This document shows positions 1 to 13,459 of a DNA stretch of 64,000 bases, one piece after another (position 1 is the stretch's first letter; the number at the start of each line of letters is the position of its first letter). The notes beneath the pieces were generated by a model. The model was not told where the DNA came from and searched no databases. It saw only the letters and a program-made list of their open reading frames with translations. This DNA is from Octopus vulgaris (taxonomy: Eukaryota). Where the stretch lies: NCBI GenBank assembly GCA_951406725.2, contig OX597814.1:156736001-156800000 (forward strand), given 5' to 3'. The translations under genes and the position numbers were made by a program.

Positions 1-640
1 CTTGACTGGCCAGCAGAGAGACTGACTAGCTGGCAGAGAGACCAACCAGCTGGCAGAGAGACTGACTTGCTAGTGGAGAGACAGAGCAACTGGCCAGGAC
101 AGGGACTGACTAGCTGGCAGAGAGACCAACCAGCTGGCAGAGAGACTGACTTGCTAGTGGAGAGACAGAGCAACTGGCCAGGACAGGGACTGACCAGCTG
201 GGAGAGAGACTGACCAGCTGGGAGAGAGACTGACCAGCTGGGAGAGAGACTGACCAGCTGGGAGAAAGACTGACCAGCTGGGAGAGAGACTGACCAGCTG
301 GGAGAGAGACTGACCAGCTGGGAGAGAGACCGATCTTCTAGTGGAGAGACAGACTGGCCTGTCAGCAGAGAGACAGACTGACTGGGAGATTGACTGACTG
401 GTTGGTGGAAAGACCAACCAGCTGGGAGACAAAGAAACTGACTGGGTGACAGACAGACCAGCCGGGAGACAGACAGACCAGCCGGGAGACAGACAGACCA
501 GCCAGGAGACAGACAGACCAGCCAGGAGACAGACAGACAGACCAGCTGGGAGACAAACAGACCAACTCTGGGAGACAGACAGACCAACCAGAAGACAGAC
601 AAATCAACCAAGTGAGAGACAGACAGCTGGACTGGAAGAC
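1..640. repeat. Minisatellite with ~20-bp units (gactgaccagctgggagaga, changing to gacagacagaccagccggga)
   Basis: Tandem copies visible at 187-330 and 446-600; the overlapping ORFs are periodic low-complexity translations. Confidence 0.9.
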
Positions 641-764
641 TGACAGACAGGCTGGAAGTAAGAAATAAACATATACTTAATAATACACATTCAGAATATA
701 AATGGTTAATAAATAAAAAGAAAAATTAATATGATAAAAAAAATTTCGGAGGAAACAAACATAC

Positions 765-810
765 GGTGAGATGACAGAAAGACAAAAACAGTGATGCAAG
801 CCATTTTCAT
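765..810 (-). CDS. Candidate first coding segment MKMACITVFVFLSSH (signal-peptide-like) in a putative exon 1052-765; gene would continue left of the window
   Basis: Minus strand: branch-like CTGAC, then ctttctttcAG acceptor at 1054-1053; in-frame TAA five codons before ATG 810; hydrophobic N-terminus; phase-1 donor C|GTATGT at 764. No homology evidence. Confidence 0.4.
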
Positions 811-991
811 TCGAAAGCAATCTTATTTATGTAACAAACAATTTTCATTCTGACAAATGGAATATAATGTAGTTGCCCAAGACAACGATTCCATCAGAGT
901 ATAAGAGGAGGAGCCAAAAATTATATGTCTTCTCTGAATTACAGGTGTGTGTGTGTATGTGAAGATGTGTGTGTGTGTGTGAAGATGTGTT

Positions 992-1024
<33 letters not shown>

Positions 1025-1839
1025 AAGCTTATGTGGAACAAGTCTTAGGCACCTGAAAGAAAGTGTTCAAGGTCAGGACATTTTTAAGTGCTATATTTAA
1101 CACATGAAAACTGAGCAGCAGTAGCAGCAGTAGCAACATTATTAGTTGCAGTTGAAACAGCAATAATAGCATCAATATCAGCAGCAGTAAAGTCTGAGAA
1201 CACTTTGCCAATATGGCAGTTAAAGTAACAGTTTAAACACCAGCATTGATCTCCTAACTCAGGAGAACTTCATCCTGGAATCTAATTTCACTAGTAATTC
1301 TTCCTATTTTCTTTATCAGCTTTGGAATACTTGCACATAAGCAACAGCATGAGAGAGAGAGAGAGAGAGACAGAGAGAGAGACAGAGACAGACAGACAGA
1401 CAGAGGGGGGAGGAAGAAATGAGAGTGAAAGAAAGAGGAGATAGGGACACACAATATGAAAATCAGAGATTATTAACAAGAGCCATATCAATAAAGCAGG
1501 GAAACAGCTTCTTGCATGCATGTATGTACATGTGCATATACATATATATATATATTCACATATATGCATGGTGGTAAACAGGCATTAAATGATGATGATA
1601 TATATATATACAGAGAGAGAGAGAACAAAGTGTACATACGCTGCTATATATATATATATATAAAATAAAATACAAAATGGGACAAGAACGCAAAACATCC
1701 GGAGAACTAGGTGATACAAAAAGGGACAACAAAACATCCAGATAGACGATACAAAAAAAGCAGGGACGGGTCATTCAAAGCCTTTTATCTTCAGTCAAGA
1801 ACCAGATCATCCTCGCAATTTCGGCTGATTATATATATA

Positions 1840-2195
1840 TTTTTACTTGTTTCAGTCAGTTGACTGTGGCCATGCTGGAGCACCACCTTGAAAGGTTCTA
1901 GTCGAGCAAATCGACCCCAGGACTTAGTTTTTAAGCTTAGCACTTATCCTATTGGTCTCTTTTGTGGAATTGCTCAGTTACGGGAATATAAACATACCAA
2001 CACCAGTTGTCAAGTGGTGATGAGGGGACAAACACAGCCTCAAACACACACATATATATATATGACAGGATTCTTTCCATTTCTGTTTACTAAATCCACT
2101 CACAAAGCTTTGGTCAGCCCATGACTATAGTACAAGACACTTGTCCAAGGTGCCACGTAGCGGGACTGAACCCAGAACCATGTGGTTGGAAAGCT
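1840..2195 (-). mobile_element. tRNA-derived SINE family A (CORE-like, probably an octopus OR-type SINE); further copies at 2275-2650 (-) and 2655-2800 (+, partial)
   Basis: Matches the clean copies at 54362-54768 and 57540-57921 (ggcaccttgggcaagtgtcttc, gtgagtggatttggtagac, gactgaaacaagtaaaa tail). Confidence 0.85.
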
Positions 2196-2226
2196 ATATA
2201 TGTATGTGTGCATGTGTGTATATGTA

Positions 2227-2274
<48 letters not shown>

Positions 2275-2880
2275 TTTTACTTGTTTCAATAATTGGATTG
2301 CATCCATGTTGGGGCCACTGTGTTGAGGGATTTTAGTCAACTGAACAGACACCAGTACTCATTTTTTAAAGTCTAGTACTTATTCTATTAAGTATTTTTT
2401 GCTGAGCCACTAAGTTACAAGGACAGCAGTAGTGGGGAACAAACACAAAAACACATACACATAGGTATATACGCAGAGACACACACACATATAAATATAC
2501 AAGAGGCATCCTTTAGTTTCCACCTCCCAAATCCACTCACAAGGCTTTGGTTGACCCATATCTTCAATAGAAGACATTTGTTCAAGGTGCTACATACTGG
2601 GACTGAACTCAGAACCATATGGTTGAGGAGAAAACTTCTTACCACACACCCATAATTTAGTGGTTCAGCAAAAGAGACCAACAGAATAAGTACCAGGGTT
2701 CAAAACAGAAATAGAAAATTAGTACCGGGGTTGATTAGTTTGACTGAAATTCCTGAAGGTAGTGCACCGGCATGGCCAAATCTAATGGCTGAAACAAAGG
2801 AAATATATATACCAGAGCAAGCATATATGTGAAACAAGGTGGAAAAAATAGCACTTGAATACTGGAGGTAGAGTAATAAA

Positions 2881-3002
2881 GCTGCAAAGACATAACAAAA
2901 ACTGTTACTCAGAGTTAAACATAACTGTTTGCCAGACAGGTTTTGTCTGATGAATGGGAAAGTGAAACTCTGAGTAACAGTTTTTGTGATGTCTTTGCAG
3001 CT
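2881..3002 (+). ncRNA. Palindromic Penelope-type relic containing a degenerate minimal type I hammerhead ribozyme
   Basis: ~36-bp inverted arms (2881-2916 / 2966-3001); ttgt-CTGATGA-atgggaaagt-GAAA-ctctgag-TA-acag at 2943-2980. Confidence 0.6.
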
Positions 3003-3011
3003 TATTAATAA

Positions 3012-3067
<56 letters not shown>

Positions 3068-3255
3068 CAAATAAGAAAATGGAGAAGCACAATAGCTGGT
3101 TCATCAACTCTAGGACATTAAAATGTTAACTTATTTATTTATTAAAATGATAATTATAATAACATACATACATATAGCATATAGCATATTATTCTATGCA
3201 TATAAAATAAGAATACAAGCAATTATTAAAAAACATGAATATAAATTATTAAAAT

Positions 3256-3373
3256 CACTTACAGCTGTTTCAGCCCATAGATAAAAGCATCTCATTCTGC
3301 CTATATTAGTCAAGTGATTTGAGGTAATAGGCAGTTGAAAATGAGGTACTTATATATATCTCTAGGCCTCATC

Positions 3374-3375
<2 letters not shown>
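3256..3375 (-). ncRNA. Hammerhead ribozyme-like core with long stem II and palindromic stem III (Penelope-like relic); stem I lost
   Basis: Minus strand: CTGATGA-ggcctaga...tctatgggct-GAAA-cagctg-TA-agtg. A related flank sequence (gcaaataagaaaatggag...ggttcatcaac) occurs at 3067 and 52532. Confidence 0.55.
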
Positions 3376-3411
<36 letters not shown>

Positions 3412-3476
3412 GTCCTCCACAGCAGAAGTGTTAAGGCCATTGCCTTTGATGAAGGGGATTAGCTTGCAAGAGTCAA

Positions 3477-3700
3477 GTGCCGGTGACACATAAAAAGCAC
3501 TTGTGCAGTACCACATAAAAGTGCTCATGTTAAAAGCACCCAGCACACACTGTAAAGTGGTTAGCATTAGGATGTGCATCCAGTCATAGAAACCAAGCCC
3601 AAACAGACTAGAACTTGCTGCAGCTCCCCATCTTGCCAACTCTGGTCAAACCATCCAACTCATACCAGTATGGAAAATCGATGTAAAATGATGATGATGA
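3477..3700 (+). mobile_element. 5'-truncated RTE 3' end with (GAT)n tail; similar remnants at 9272-9385 (-), 11851-12135 (-), 15207-15600 (-), 18843-19050 (-), 28665-28840 (+), 49500-49730 (-)
   Basis: Share the ttaggaagggcatccagc and ccaacccatgctagcatggaaa...gatgatgat motifs with the 3' UTR of the RT-coding copy at 24097-25126. Confidence 0.85.
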
Positions 3701-5356
3701 TACACATGCATACACATGCACACATATTATCAGGAGCAGCATTTTACATCTGTTTTCTATGCTTCTATAGTCTACGCAGGTCTTTTCCAACACAGTTATC
3801 GGGCCATCAAAAATATGATATGGAAATGACCATTAAACAAAAGGAAATTACTGTGTGATTGACTGTTATTAAGACAAAAGTGCTATTAGAATGACCGCTA
3901 ACTAAGGGGAGGGAGTAAAGGCAAAGTAAAAATGTTCATAGTAATCGTGTAAGCATGCATCTCCATACATACACATGCACCCCCGCACACCCACGTACAT
4001 GTGCCCTCATCCATCCTCACTTGAAACACACACATACTCACCCACACATTCGCCAAAAAATATATACATACCCGCATACATGCTTCCACACACACGCACA
4101 CACAAAAAAAGGTTCATATGCACGTCTATATATGCACAAGAAAAAACAGGGCTAAAGGCAAAATACAGAAAAATGTGCATATGTACAGTTTTTTTACACA
4201 TTTTCCTGTATTTTGCCTTGTGACTTAGTTCAGTAAAAGAGTCTGACAGAATAAGTACCCATCTTTAAAACAATAATTACTACAGTCAGTCTGTTCAACT
4301 GAAAACCTTTCAAAGCAGGCATGGCCACAGTCAATTGACTGAATGAAGTGAAAGACAAAAGATATCTATATCAGAAGACAAATTCATTATCCTAAAAAGA
4401 AATAGTAAAAATTTCATATTGTGTCTATAAACCAAGATAAGTTCAGTTTTTTGTTTTTCTGTTCATTCTGGGTATGGGGTATTTTATAATGTGTGATACT
4501 TTACAGTTACACATACATTGTACCATTTTGAACAATTACTAAATTGTGTGATTATAACCAAGATGAACTATGTGAAGTTGGAAGATTCATCACTACCTTC
4601 TTGCCAGATTTGCTTCACAAAGAAAGTACTACATCTCTCTCTTTGGAATGTCTGGCAAAAACACAACGTAAGAGTGAGCCACTTATTCAATGTGTTGCAT
4701 TGTAAAATTGAACTAGGAACAATGAAACTGAAGTGAATTTCTTAGCCACAGGGCTATGTTTGCTCAAAGTGACAGCATGCAATCCAACTCATTGTAGATC
4801 TTTCTCATACAGTTTGGTATAAACACATTAATTTCCTTACATGTCATAAAATAATATTTCTATGAATATAATATATGTGAAATTAAATAGAAAAAAAAAC
4901 ATACATCTTTTGATAGAAACCTTCCATCAAAACCAAGACATTTAAGAAACAATAAAAATTGAGATATTTGAAGAAATAATCTACTATCTGAAATTTCAAT
5001 ATGTATTCTATTAATAGGAAAAGAGAAAGAAGATCATATAACCTCAGTTCATTTGTTTTGATGTCTCTAGCTTAATCAACCTAATGACAGAGTAAGAATC
5101 TGCACAGAAAGTGCTTATTATTACTACTCCTACATCAAATATACGAGGATGTTTGGTGACACAAAATTGATGCTAATCTTCTAAAGCATCCTTTAATGAT
5201 CTCTTTAGCACTGATTTTTAGATGATGTCATTTACACAGGTTGCAGAAAAAGTCAAAGAAGAATGAAATTTATTTTACTCTGCTTTAAAAATATTAGGTT
5301 TCTTGATTCCTTACTTTGTTCATATTACTTCAAATAAATGTATTTTACAAGCTTAA

Positions 5357-5578
5357 CTCTTTAGCATTCAGATTACTCTGTCAAATGTAATGCTTATATA
5401 TTCATATTGATTTGAATTAATTATGCATTATCTTGTAACCTTGAGATTTCAACAATGTGATTACATATTTTTTTCAATAATATTGTTACGTAGGTGTGAG
5501 AGGCCAAATCTGACCAGTTTACACATAAAACTGACAGAAAATTTTGGGTTGGATATGGCCAGTTCAAATGCTACAGGG
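5357..5578. mobile_element. piggyBac-type MITE (~220 bp)
   Basis: TTAA flanks; degenerate CCCTTTAGCATT terminal inverted repeats; same family as 6648-6867. Confidence 0.8.
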
Positions 5579-6647
5579 TTAAGCCCTTGTAGACAGTGTT
5601 TCCATTTGTTTTTTCCAAGACGGCAGAGTAGTGATATGAAGGAAATCTGGCTGCTATTTCACAGCTTAAGCATCCACATAGAGGCACTCCATTGTTGGTT
5701 TGATTCTCATCAGTAATGTTAAATTGAAAATATGAATGGAATGTAGAGTCTTCACTTTAAGATAGCAAAGGAAAGTGATGGGGTGGTTAAGATAATGAAG
5801 AAATAACAAGTCATAGGTTTATATCTCACTACAAGCTTTAGGCATGAAAATTAATTCATCATCTACACTAGCTTAAAACTACATTAAACTACATCATCTG
5901 CATCATTAGCCAAAACATCATCTACACTAGCTTAATTACTCTTAGCTGTCAGGAATTAGTGATGAGCTTTCCTACAAAAGTTAACTGCAACAGAGTTAAT
6001 GTTCTATTGAAGAGTAAAGTTTTCTCAAATCTGTTTCATGTTACTGAAGCCAGCATTGTTATGTCCCAGTGGACAAACTCTTGTTATAATTACATGAAAT
6101 CAAAGAGTTACCCCTACCCTCATCATGAGTCAACCATAGAAAAGTTACCTCTTTGTGCAACTGTTAAATATACCTTGAAATTTAGTTTCTATGTCTTTCT
6201 GTTAAGAGATATAAAATTCCAGTCTTTTTCACCAGAGTCAGAAGTTTTATGAAATTAGAAGTTCAGTGTTGATACATTAAGTGATAAAAATTACTCATTC
6301 GTCAAAGACAAAAATGTAACTATTCGTTTTTATGATTATGATCTCTATTATATAATTTCAGTCTTCAGGTAATCACTGTTTTCTTTTTTTTTTTTCTCTC
6401 TCTCCTACTTTCTCATAGGATGGATCTTTAGACTAAGCTGCTTCCAATTTAAATTTGAACTAACAATTCCTTAATCTATCATATTGGCATGTGCTTGTAT
6501 GATTTTTACTGCCACTTCTGAAACATTTTTGTCTTATTCCCTTTGTTAATACAGTTCTCATGAAATTATACTCGTTTTTATTATGCTAGTGTCTGAAACA
6601 AATTATCATGAAATTTTGATGGTAAATTTTAAATTAAATCACTTTAA

Positions 6648-6867
6648 CCCTTTAGCATTTAAACTGGCCATGTCCAGCCAAAATATGCTACCCATTTTAT
6701 GTTCAAACTTGCCATAACAAGCATCTCAGACTTACCCTACAACACCATTCTAAAAATAAACAATCACATCATTGAAATCTAAAAGCTACAAGATAATGTA
6801 TGATTAACTAAAAACAATGTGAATAAATAAGCAATACAGTTGACTGAATAATCTGAATGCTAAAGGG
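6648..6867. mobile_element. piggyBac-type MITE
   Basis: ttaa|CCCTTTAGCATT ... AATGCTAAAGGG|ttaa: perfect 12-bp TIR with TTAA target duplication. Confidence 0.88.
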
Positions 6868-6976
6868 TTAAATGGGGAAATTTGTATCATAAAACCAAGA
6901 ATAGTTCCAGGTAGGTATACATCAAAAAGATTAATTCTTAATGATACGATATATATATATATATATATATATTCGT

Positions 6977-7273
6977 GGAGGCACATGGCCTAGTGGTTAG
7001 AGCAGCGAAGAGGCGGTTGAGGGATTGCGGGTTCGAATTTCAGACTGGGTGGTGTGTGTGTTTATGAGTGAAACACCTAAGCTCCATGCGGCTCCAGCAG
7101 AAGGTAATGGCGAACTTCTGACTCTTTCACCACAACTTTCTCTCACTCTTTCCTCCTGCATCTAGCAGCTTACCTGCGACGGACCAGTGTACTGTCCAGA
7201 TGGGGAACCTATACGCCAATGAAACCGGGAAAACCAGCCCTTATGAGCCAGGCATGGCTTGAGAAGGAACAAA

Positions 7274-7275
<2 letters not shown>
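6977..7275 (+). mobile_element. tRNA-derived SINE with V-domain-like 3' body
   Basis: A box tggcctagtggtt, B box ggttcgaatt; cctgcgacggaccagtgtactgtccag...gaaaccggga resembles the V-SINE domain. Confidence 0.7.
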
Positions 7276-7304
<29 letters not shown>

Positions 7305-7305
<1 letters not shown>

Positions 7306-8175
7306 TGTGTGGTGAATAAACTGCTGTCTAAATTACGCAAAAATGAAAATAACACTGACATCGCATTTTTTAACATATATTTACCAAAATTACTTGAAAT
7401 ACTTAAGAGTAAACTTATTTAATAAAATCCCCATTGACTTCAACCTTGGCTTCCAGACGACTTTGGAATCTCCTGCAACTCTTCTGGTTGGGCTCCTTGT
7501 TCAAGATGGTGAATGCTGCCGTAATCCTTGCCCTCACTTCATCTTTGCTGTTACAAGGAGTTTTGTTGGTCTTTTGCTCAACTGCGCCCCACACATGATA
7601 ATCAAGGGGGTTGCAGTCTGGGGAGTTAGATGGCCAGATGTTAGGGGTGATGTCGTCACAGAAACTGCCTGACACCTGTGACTAGGTTCTCCAACTTGTG
7701 TGGCATGGTGCAGAGTCCTGTTGTTAGATATAGCGTCTTCCAGCAGCCATCCTCTTGACCCAGGGCAGCACTACCTCCTCTGGGTACTTGATGTAGGCTT
7801 CTGTGATGAATCTGAGACTGTGTGGGAAGATGAATGGAGACATAACATCGCCATCACTAGTGATCCAAACACCATGATGTTGACTGGGTGTTTGATTTTT
7901 ATCACTCTCGGTACATGTCCTCAAATTGCACTGTTCTCAGACTGACACCCAAACACTCAGAAATATTCATACTGGAGCTTCCAGTGCAAATGCCAAGCAG
8001 TACAACATGTCATTCCCAAATTTCTGACAGAGTAAATTGCATCATGGTGCTGGTTTTGTCACAGATGCCCAACCAACTCTACTATACTTTGTAACCAACA
8101 AAATCAAAAACAAACAATGTGTATTCATGAAATTAAAAATATAAAATGGCAACAATTTACCCATTGCATGCTGTA
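7305..8175 (-). mobile_element. Decayed DD37D (maT/Bmmar1-like) Tc1/mariner-superfamily transposon; partial transposase pseudogene
   Basis: Minus frame reads QQDSAPCHT...WPSNSPDCNPLDYHVW with exactly 37 codons between the 2nd and 3rd Asp; in-frame stops; degenerate TIRs near 7305 and 8150-8175. Confidence 0.88.
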
Positions 8176-9954
8176 TATATGAAAATATAATAGGATGGTC
8201 ATGGACGGGACATCTTTTGACCATAGGTCTGCTGGATTTTACACTAGGGTAAACTACAACACTCAAACCAGGAATCATTTCTACAGGTTTTGCTTATGGT
8301 TCTAATTGTATATAGATTCATACTGCAATCAATTCTTTTGACAAATTTCCACCCTCACCTACCAATGTGCCAAAGTTTGAAATCATGATCATAAATGACA
8401 TAAATAGTGATTTTTAACCAAAAAAAAAGGAAATCTTAAATTTTAGGAAAAGGTATCATCAATAAAGGTCAAACCCAGGACTTGAATGGTACCAACCTCT
8501 GATGGATGAAAAGCAATGAGTGCTCTCAATGAGATTTGAGCAGATAATGTAAAAAAAAAACCAACAAAACAATTTGTGTGACACTAAAAATTCTGCCACT
8601 CCAGTACCCTATTATTATTTCCTGTAAGGCTATTATTTATTCTTCTGTAGCATTTCCTAAACAATAACACTTTTGACCAGAAAATAATGTGTGCATGTGT
8701 GAGGGCAAGATAGAGAGAAAGGGAGGCCAAAGGTTAAGTAGGAGTCAAATAGTGATGGCTATTTAAAAGCCTTAGATGAAGACAAGAGAGTTAAAATTAG
8801 CTTCTATTTTTTTAAGTAAAATTTGACAGGCTTCAATCAGAAGCTGTCTTTTTGATGTGAACAAATTATGGAGTTATCACTGCTAAAAGCTGTATCATAA
8901 TGACTCAGAAAATAAAAGTTTGTTTGTTATTGTTTAATCACAGACCAACCCTGATCCAGTAAAACTAAGATCAAAAGCATTTCAATTTTTATCATCCAAT
9001 ATTTCACTCAGTCATATACTATATCAAGGATTGCATTATCAACTGTGTCTTTTGTTATAACTGTAAAGAGAGATATGAGATAGATCTAGAAGGTTGGGTG
9101 ACCATATACAGGCACTCACTATAAGCAGTTAGAAAACGACATTGAGTAAAATTTGTCTTCTTTTTATTTAAATTAGTAATTCTCAACTATGTTTTGCCAA
9201 TGGACTCCTTTGATTCCTATTTCACTCTACTGAACCTCCATAGCCATTCAATGCTTAAGAGAATCCTACTATCATCATCATCATTTAAGCATAGGTTGAA
9301 TGGTTTGACTACAGCTGGTCAGTCTGATTTGGCATGGTTTCTACAACTGGATGCCCTTCCTAATGCCAACCACTCTGAGAGTGTAATATATTTCTATAAC
9401 AAAATATTATTAGGAATTGTATAAATAATATTAAAAAAGATATTTTGTGTATTGTAGGATTTTTACCAGTTTATTGTACATAAATTTAAACAACAAAATC
9501 TTATATGAACCCCCAAAGGTCATATGGAGCTCAGTTCAGAACCACTGATTTAAATGAATATTCTTAACCACTGTACCTGGCATATGTTTCATAACAGATC
9601 AAGGACAGCATTTTCAAATATGTCTTTTCTTATAACTGTAGGGAGTGGTATGAGACAGACTTGTGGATAGTGAGGCTTTGGTTAATTAAAAAACATTTTG
9701 TGGTCTTTTATCTTTTATTTAGATGAACATGGTCAACCACTGTATCTAATACACTTTTATGCCATGTATGGTTCATACGTGTATCACAAATTTTTAAGGG
9801 AAGACAAAATATTAAAAGCTTCAGTGAGTTAAATCCATTGCACTAGTGCATTGATATACCTTTTGCAGTAAAATGCAATGCATGCAACCATCTCTGTTTT
9901 AGAAAAAATTTAATTCTACCTTGTTTTTTTTTAAACAAATCCTTCAAAAACTAA

Positions 9955-10056
9955 TCCATATGTAGTGGAAGTCAACAATCTATATGTAGTGGAACAATCT
10001 ATATGTAGTGGAATCAATCTACATGTAGTGGGATCAATCTACAGGTAGTGGAAATC
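9955..10056. repeat. Short tandem repeat, ~19-22-bp unit (atctatatgtagtggaa), about 5 copies
   Basis: Directly visible. Confidence 0.85.
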
Positions 10057-11185
10057 AACAACAGGTAGAAAGGATTTAGCTTTTTCAATACCAACCTTCC
10101 CAAGATCATTTCTTGTTCTGTGGTACAAAATTAGGTTTTAACATGTTCATATCTAACTTAGAAAATCTTTCATCATAACTTTTAGTAGAACTTTTTATAA
10201 AGTTGTGCTCCAAATACCTCATAGGTAAGGAAAAATATTTTGCTAAATCCCTTCTAATTCATAATTAATATCAGAATTAAATTGAAACAACTAGGCAATG
10301 TATTTTCTTAGAAATATGGAAACGATAGGGTTTCATGTGAAAAAGTTAGAAGTTAGTTATTTCTATAAAGCTCTTAGAATTTTTGATTATTTTGAAAATT
10401 AAAACATGGGTAGAGTGTAATCATGCTAGAAGCATGATAAGAAAATGGTTGAAGAACTCAGATATTCATAGTAATTAAACACAGACTCAGGTTGTTATTG
10501 CTGTTGTTTAGCTCCTGATAAGCTCTGAGTGAACAGGCCTATGGTCAGAAGTGTTCCAAATGTGACCATCCAGGTCTTCTTGCAGCTATTAAATTAAGAT
10601 AGTAAATTGTGATTTGAGGGAAATATAGCTGCTATTTTGAGCAGTTGAAATGACTTTAATTGGCTCAGCCTCAAAGGTAAGATTACTTAGTGATGTGCTT
10701 ATTTGATTCACTCATGAAACCATGACTTGTTAGATCTGCTCTTAATTCGCCTCATCATATGCTATCAACAAAAATTGGCATACATACCAAAGTGTGAAAA
10801 TTGGCACAAGTACCAAGTTGTGTGAATAGTCCGTACCTTCAGGGTTCAGTGATAAATGACAAAATGGCCATCCAGCTGTAAAATTACACATTCCTACAAA
10901 GCAAATGTGTGTGTGTGTGTGCATGCACACTCACATGCACACACATGCACATATACACACACACACACACACACACCAAAGATTACTAATATATAAACAA
11001 AAGCTGTAAACTATCTAAATCAAATATTTTCAACTATTCTTGGTCTGAGTAAGGTGGTAAAAGAGTTAAGGCACTCCATTAGTTTTTGAATGATTTGTTT
11101 TAAAAAGAAACAAGGTAGAACTAAAATTTTTCTAAAACAGAGATGGTTGCATGCATCGCATTTGGCTGCAAAATGTATATCAATG

Positions 11186-11412
11186 TGAGCTGGCAGAAAT
11201 GTTAGCATGCCGGGCGAAATGCTTTGCGGTATTTCATCTGCCGCTACGTTCTGAGTTCAAATTCCGCCGAGGTTGACTTTGCCTTTCAGCCTTTCGGGGT
11301 TGATTAAATAAGTACCAGTTATGCACTGCGGTCGATATAATCGACTTAATCCGTTTGTCTGTCCTTGTTTGTCCTCTCTGTGTTTAGCCCCTTGTGGGTA
11401 GTAAAGAAATAG
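11186..11412 (+). mobile_element. tRNA-derived SINE family B with 11-bp TSD
   Basis: TSD gtatatcaatg at 11175-11185 and 11413-11423; B box gagttcaaattcc; body gactttgcctttca...aataagtaccag. Confidence 0.9.
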
Positions 11413-11692
11413 GTATATCAATGCATTAGTGCAATGGATTTAACTCACTGAAGCTTTTAATATTTTGTCTTCCCTTAAAGAATTATGATACACATGTAAA
11501 CCATACATGGCACAGAAGTGTATTAGTCACACCCCTAATTTAATATTAAATCTTAGTACAGATTTTTTTGTTTCATCATTTCAGCTTTGCTTCATGCAGT
11601 TAAAATCAAGTATGGAATAGTGCGACTTATATATGAATAAATAATGGTAGATTGCTTGTGAATGAGTACTTCACAAACTTGTGTACCCATAA

Positions 11693-12189
11693 CCCATTAG
11701 CATTCAGATTACATCAAATGTAATGTTTATTTATTCACATTGCTTTCAATTAATCATGCAGTATCTTGTAGCTTTCAGATTTTGATGATGTGATTATTTT
11801 TAGAATGACATTGTATGTAGATGTGAGAGACCAGATCTATCTTGCTTGAACATCATCATCATTTAGCGTCCGCTTTCCATGCTAGCATGGGTTGGACGGT
11901 TCAACTGGGGTCTGTGAAGCCAGAAGGCTGCATCAGGCCGTCTGATCTGGCAGTGTTTCTACGGCTGGATGCCCTTCCTAATGCCAACCACTCCGTGAGT
12001 GTAGTGGGTGCTTTTTATGTTCCACCCGCACAGGAGCCAGACGAAGCTGGCAAATGACCACGGACGGATGGTGCTTTTTACGTGCCACCAGCACGGGGGC
12101 CAGGTGAGGCTGGCAACGGCCACGATCGGATGACACATATAGCATGTAAAATATTTAAGCCTGATATGGCCAGTTTAAAAGCTAAGGGG
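11693..12189. mobile_element. piggyBac-type MITE interrupted by an RTE 3' end (11851-12135)
   Basis: CCCATTAGCATT start and gctaagggg|ttaa end; MITE homology resumes after the RTE piece. Confidence 0.75.
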
Positions 12190-13319
12190 TTAATGTAATC
12201 ATCAAACAGAGTCAGTATGAGATGAAATATGATAAGGCTGAACCTTTGAATTACAGATGCAGTCAGTTTATCCAAGAAGCTGCTATACAGCTTCCATCTA
12301 TCCATTTTCATTCGCAACAGCTATATTGACAGGAGACTACAATAAAACACACTCGGTCAAGATACATCTCAATTTTAAACCAAGTTACAATGAATGTGAA
12401 ACAAGCACCATAGCTGTGTCTACTTTGATCTCTTACAACAGTACAAACAATCCATCACTACCATTAACAAAAACACAAGCAATCGCTTACATTAACACAA
12501 ACACACAAATCTGTCAACTTTGGTCATTGACCAGCTGTCCCCCTTTTAAATCTACTCCTCTTCTTCCTTATTCTTCAGAATTAATATTTTTTTCTTACTC
12601 TCCCTCTACTTTGAAAATTTTTCTTTACCACTACCAGTAAACTTTTAACTCTCATTCCAACAAAGAGTTCTTCTCAAAGCAAAATGATTTATTTCACTTT
12701 GTTAATTATTTATATTTGCTACTTGCCAATGCATGCCATCAATGGTTTCTTTAAATTCTCCTGTTTCGCATAAATTTATAGGTAAAAGATATAACCAATT
12801 AGTTAATCCCATAAGAGATGTAAAAGAAGATTAATTGCAGTAATGTTTCTTCTTAGTAAATATCTTATCAGAAATACAGCATCTGTAATTGCATGATTTG
12901 TTACAAACCCAAGGAAGGCTCTTTGTGGTCACCCTAATTGCTAGCAATAGCAGCAAAGTTTTCCTCAAATCACATCTACTATCTTAAAAAAGAGAAATTA
13001 CACATTAGATAATATAGTTCTATATATCGTTAAAAAGATAAACTGGACACAAGCAGAATGTCTTTAATCATAGGTTTGCTCAATTAAGACTGAAATGGAA
13101 CTAAACAACAACATCCCTATTAAAATTTCCATCTTGAATATGTTTCCCAGAGGATTCTACAATCTTCCTTGTTTGAACAATGTGTTCTGTCTGAAGTGAC
13201 ATTTACATGCATAGCATTTTATAATGAACTTGCTAGGTTTGCTTGTACTGAACTGTTAATGATAACAGACATTGTAAAATTAACATCATACAATACGCAT
13301 TTTCTGTACATTTTACCCC

Positions 13320-13351
<32 letters not shown>

Positions 13352-13459
13352 AGTCTGCTAAAAAATTAGCTCAACTTCTTAAACTGATTATGTTAAGAGA
13401 TAATGAACTTACCCACAATAACTAGAGATCAATCAGGACTTATAATAATCGTAACTTAC

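Larger units (their letters stand above)
9746..11526. mobile_element. Foldback/long-TIR element with ~210-bp inverted arms; right arm interrupted by a SINE
   Basis: 9746-9955 is the reverse complement of 11078-11185 plus 11424-11526. Confidence 0.7.

Noticed and set aside
1670-1830. Possible hammerhead (minus-strand CTGAAGA...GAA) in a Penelope-like fragment
   Set aside because: No intact GAAA box and no consistent stems could be drawn.
4508-4667. Possible plus-strand exon (CDYNQDELCEVGRF..., donor GTAAGA)
   Set aside because: In-frame stop between the acceptor and the attractive frame; no partner exons or recognisable homology.
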